Assembly (NCBI GenBank): GCA_045647535.1
Contig: JAZRMM010000021.1
Location: 3,116 to 67,115, forward strand
Reading direction: 5' to 3'
Source: Alistipes sp.
GTDB taxonomy: Bacteria > Bacteroidota > Bacteroidia > Bacteroidales > Rikenellaceae
DNA length: 64,000 bases
Below, piece by piece: positions 60,875 through 64,000 of the stretch. The notes under the pieces were generated by a model, which saw nothing but the letters and a program-made list of their open reading frames with translations, was not told the DNA's origin and searched no databases. Both the position numbers and the translations under genes were made by a program. Positions within the stretch are counted from its first letter, which is position 1. Each line of letters opens with the position of its first letter.

Positions 60875-62734
60875 TTACTCGTTGAGCTCCAACCAGCGCA
60901 TCTCCTTCTCGTCCGTAAGGGCGACAATCTCCTCTATACGCTTTGATACGGCGGTAAGCTCGTCGTAGGGTAGTGTGCCCGACGATAGACGCTCTTCGAG
61001 CTCTGCTCGCTCAGTGCTGAGTATGGCGAGGTCACGCTCCAACTCCTCAAGCTCACGCTGCTCCTTGAACGATAGCTTACGCTTCGAGGTGTCGTGTGTG
61101 CGCTGCTGTTTGGGCGCTGTGGGCGTTGCCATGCGTGCCGCCTCGCGCTCCTGCTCCTCCTTCTCGAGCATATACTCCCTATACTGACCTACGAAGTCCT
61201 TGATCTTGCCATCGCCCTCGAAGACGAAGAGGTGGTCGACACACTTATCCAAGAAGTAGCGGTCGTGTGAGACGATGAGTAGCGAACCCTTAAACTCTCT
61301 GAGATACTCCTCTAAGACGTTGAGTGTCATGATGTCGAGGTCGTTGGTAGGCTCGTCGAGGATAAGCATGTTTGGGTTGCGCATTAGCACAGTAAGTAGG
61401 TATAGACGACGCTGCTCGCCTCCGCTAAGGATATCTATACGCTTATTAAAGGTCTCGTGAGGAAAGAGAAAGCGTGTTAGATATGTTGTGGCCGATACAG
61501 TGGAGCCATCCGACGCCTTGACAATATCTGCGATATCCTGCACGCACTCAAGGACAGTGGCACCTGGCTTGAAGGTGATGCCTCGCTGTGTGTAGTAACC
61601 TATGCGCAACGTCTCACCACGCTCCACAACGCCACTATCGGGTTGCAGTGCGCCTGTCATAAGGTTAAGGAAGGTACTTTTACCGACGCCGTTGCGACCA
61701 ACGACTCCTATACGCTCACCACGTGTAAACTTATAGGAGAACTTATCGAGCATCTTGCGCCCGCCAAAGGCAAGATCTACATCCATGCAGTCTATAATCT
61801 TACGACCCAGACGTGAGGTGGCTACATCTATCTCCACATTGCTTGTGGCGAGACTTACCGCGGCCTTATCCTTAAGGTCGTAGAAGGCATTTATACGATA
61901 GCGTGCCTTGCCTGTGCGTGCCTGAGGGGTGCTACGTATCCACTCGAGCTCACGGCGTAATAGGTTTCGCGACTTGTCAATCTCGGCCTGCATATTACTG
62001 TAACGCTCCTCGCGTTTCTCCAGATACTGCGAGTAGTTACCTCTATAGGTGAATATCTCACCACGATCAATCTCCATGATGGTGGTGCATACTCTATCGA
62101 GGAAGTAGCGGTCGTGGGTAACCATAAGGAGAGTGCAGCGTGAGCGCTGTAGGTAACCTTCAAGGTACTCAATAATATCTATGTCGAGGTGGTTGGTGGG
62201 CTCATCCATAACGATGAACTCGGCGTTCTGTAACATCATGCACGCCAGTGCCACGCGCTTCGATTCACCTCCCGATAGCTCGCCCATAGGTTGATCTGTT
62301 CGCTCAATCTTGAGGGTTGATAACACCTGGCGTATGTTCTGCTCCACGTTCCAGCCGTCACAAGCATCCATAGCAGCTATGGCACGCTCTATACGTTGAC
62401 TATCGCCACTTGCTATGGCTCGCTCATACTCTACGATGGCGGGTGATAGCTCGCTGATGCGTGAGTACACCTCCTCGAATATCGTGCGCTTTGGGTCGAA
62501 TGCTGTGTTCTGGTCGAGGAAGGCAACGCGTATATCCTTCATGAACTTAACCTCGCCACCACGATCTGAACTTTCGACACCCGCCAAGATCTTCAATAGG
62601 GTAGACTTGCCCGTGCCGTTGGGGGCTATAAGAGCTATCTTATCACCCTCGTTGATGTTGAAGCTTATGTTGCTAAAGAGTGTGCGGTCGCCGTACGACT
62701 TTGAGATGTTATCTACCTGGAGAAAACTTGCCAT
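60875..62734 (-). CDS. ABC-F family ATPase (Uup-like)
   Basis: Two ABC domains, no TM segments, C-terminal KLSFKEQRE...RWLEL coiled coil. Confidence 0.92.
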   Translation of the reverse strand: MASFLQVDNISKSYGDRTLFSNISFNINEGDKIALIAPNGTGKSTLLKILAGVESSDRGGEVKFMKDIRVAFLDQNTAFDPKRTIFEEVYSRISELSPAIVEYERAIASGDSQRIERAIAAMDACDGWNVEQNIRQVLSTLKIERTDQPMGELSGGESKRVALACMMLQNAEFIVMDEPTNHLDIDIIEYLEGYLQRSRCTLLMVTHDRYFLDRVCTTIMEIDRGEIFTYRGNYSQYLEKREERYSNMQAEIDKSRNLLRRELEWIRSTPQARTGKARYRINAFYDLKDKAAVSLATSNVEIDVATSRLGRKIIDCMDVDLAFGGRKMLDKFSYKFTRGERIGVVGRNGVGKSTFLNLMTGALQPDSGVVERGETLRIGYYTQRGITFKPGATVLECVQDIADIVKASDGSTVSATTYLTRFLFPHETFNKRIDILSGGEQRRLYLLTVLMRNPNMLILDEPTNDLDIMTLNVLEEYLREFKGSLLIVSHDRYFLDKCVDHLFVFEGDGKIKDFVGQYREYMLEKEEQEREAARMATPTAPKQQRTHDTSKRKLSFKEQRELEELERDLAILSTERAELEERLSSGTLPYDELTAVSKRIEEIVALTDEKEMRWLELNE

Positions 62735-62745
62735 GTATGTGATTG

Positions 62746-63264
62746 TTACAATATATTACTTGAATTTAAATCGAGGTCAAAAGCTAATCTCTCGCCACTA
62801 TCATATGTTATTATTCCGCAATAGCTGAAGCCGAGTCTTTGAAGCAGAGCGAGCATGCGGGTGTTACCTCTGTGTGTGTCGATGCGAAAGCCCGTTATGT
62901 CCTCGTTGCGAGCAATGGTTGCGGCATGACGCATGAGGGCTGTTGCTGTACCTTGGCGGTGGAGTGTGCTATCTACGCATATACGATGCACCACAACATA
63001 GTCGTTGGCGGTGTGCCACTCGTTATGGGCAATCTGTGTATATGCTGGCTCACCCGTTAGGACTATTGCCGAGTAGCCTATTATTCGGTTGTCGTTAGCG
63101 GTAATCACCCAGCCAACGCCCTCTTTGATATCTGCCTCGATGACCTCTCGTGAGGGGTATCCATCTTGCCACTGGTCGATGCCAAGATCTCGTAAAGATA
63201 ATTGAGCACTGCGAACAATGCTCAATATCCTATCAATATCCTCGATGTGTGCTCTGCGAATCAT
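62746..63264 (-). CDS. GNAT family N-acetyltransferase
   Basis: DQWQDGYP, VVHR..V...HRQG and IDTHRGN motifs. Confidence 0.88.
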   Translation of the reverse strand: MIRRAHIEDIDRILSIVRSAQLSLRDLGIDQWQDGYPSREVIEADIKEGVGWVITANDNRIIGYSAIVLTGEPAYTQIAHNEWHTANDYVVVHRICVDSTLHRQGTATALMRHAATIARNEDITGFRIDTHRGNTRMLALLQRLGFSYCGIITYDSGERLAFDLDLNSSNIL

Positions 63265-64000
63265 CGTTTACGCGATATTTGTTTCACCTTATATAGGATG
63301 ATAAATATGTTGAAACTTATGATTACGAGGGTAAGCACAAGACCTGCAATTATGGTTGGTGACATCGAGGTGCTGAGACCTACACCCAAGAAATCCTTGA
63401 ATATAGGCTCAAGGAAGTGGCTGCGGCCGTATGCCACTATGCCTATGCCCACCAAGAGTATTGAGACGTTGAGTACCACGGTCATTAGAATATATGGCAT
63501 AGATACCATTATTGGTGTATGACCAATAAGTACAAGGTTCTCTAGCTTATTCATGTTCTTCTGCAACAATAGGAATATGCTCAAGGTGAGGATGATTACC
63601 GAGAGAAGACAGAATAGAGCACCTATGGCTACCACAATCGTAACACTTCGCTGAAGGATTACCAAGGCCTTGCCACTCTCCGATGGTTTGCCCTCGGTGA
63701 TATAGCCATGCTCGCTAAGGAAGGCGTTAAGTTTTGGATCCGAAGGGTTGTCAACCTCCATAATAATGCGCGAAGGTCCAATATTGTTGCTTGCGCCTAT
63801 CTCGTTAGGATTGTTGCCGTAGTGGTCGTTAGCCCATGAGATAAATTGCTGTGGCACAAGTATGGTGTTAATACGATCGGTGAAGCCGACGATATAACCT
63901 ATATACTTATCCTGCTTGTAGTTTGCAACGCCCACCTCATTCAATACATAACCCTTAATTGTGATGTCCATTTCGAGTTTTGTCAGAATGCTATCGGTAA
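63261..64000 (-). CDS. FtsX-like ABC transporter permease (3' part; the frame stays open past the window end)
   Basis: GFTDRINTILVPQQF motif and three C-terminal TM helices; no stop upstream of 63971. Confidence 0.7.
   Translation of the reverse strand, partial: TDSILTKLEMDITIKGYVLNEVGVANYKQDKYIGYIVGFTDRINTILVPQQFISWANDHYGNNPNEIGASNNIGPSRIIMEVDNPSDPKLNAFLSEHGYITEGKPSESGKALVILQRSVTIVVAIGALFCLLSVIILTLSIFLLLQKNMNKLENLVLIGHTPIMVSMPYILMTVVLNVSILLVGIGIVAYGRSHFLEPIFKDFLGVGLSTSMSPTIIAGLVLTLVIISFNIFIILYKVKQISRKR

Overview
Chromosomal window from a Bacteroidales bacterium, probably Rikenellaceae/Alistipes-like (inferred from gene content, TAnnTTTG -7 promoters and a Bacteroidetes-type SRP RNA). It is mostly housekeeping: argS, dusB, ispF, an AddAB-like pair, pepD, phoH, der, trkA, rfbACDB, mdh, sufBCDS, tmk, mltG, tRNA-Phe and ffs. 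No intact transposase, integrase, reverse transcriptase or cas gene is visible. The unexplained signal is mainly non-coding. (1) A ~127-bp hairpin element occurs in 8 same-orientation copies at three loci, each cluster starting on a TAA stop codon; its stems covary and fold best on the minus strand, with tandem GA/GA mismatches in several copies. (2) Two intergenic hotspots (33.5-34.9 kb, 39.3-40.3 kb) are mosaics of nested palindromes and 8-10-mer tandem arrays. (3) A CRTTMAC heptamer iteron-like module recurs five times, once translated in frame inside an orphan AAA_25 helicase-like gene, and a related heptamer forms a perfect 56-bp inverted repeat at a DUF6371-like pseudogene. Coding oddities are two BspA-type LRR lipoproteins with a near-identical 5' cassette, a DAACS transporter with an inserted beta-rich domain, a MerR protein with an AT-hook, and an ABC exporter/kinase/peptidase trio that resembles a partial RiPP cassette. 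All calls come from reading the sequence and recalling family motifs; no searches were run.
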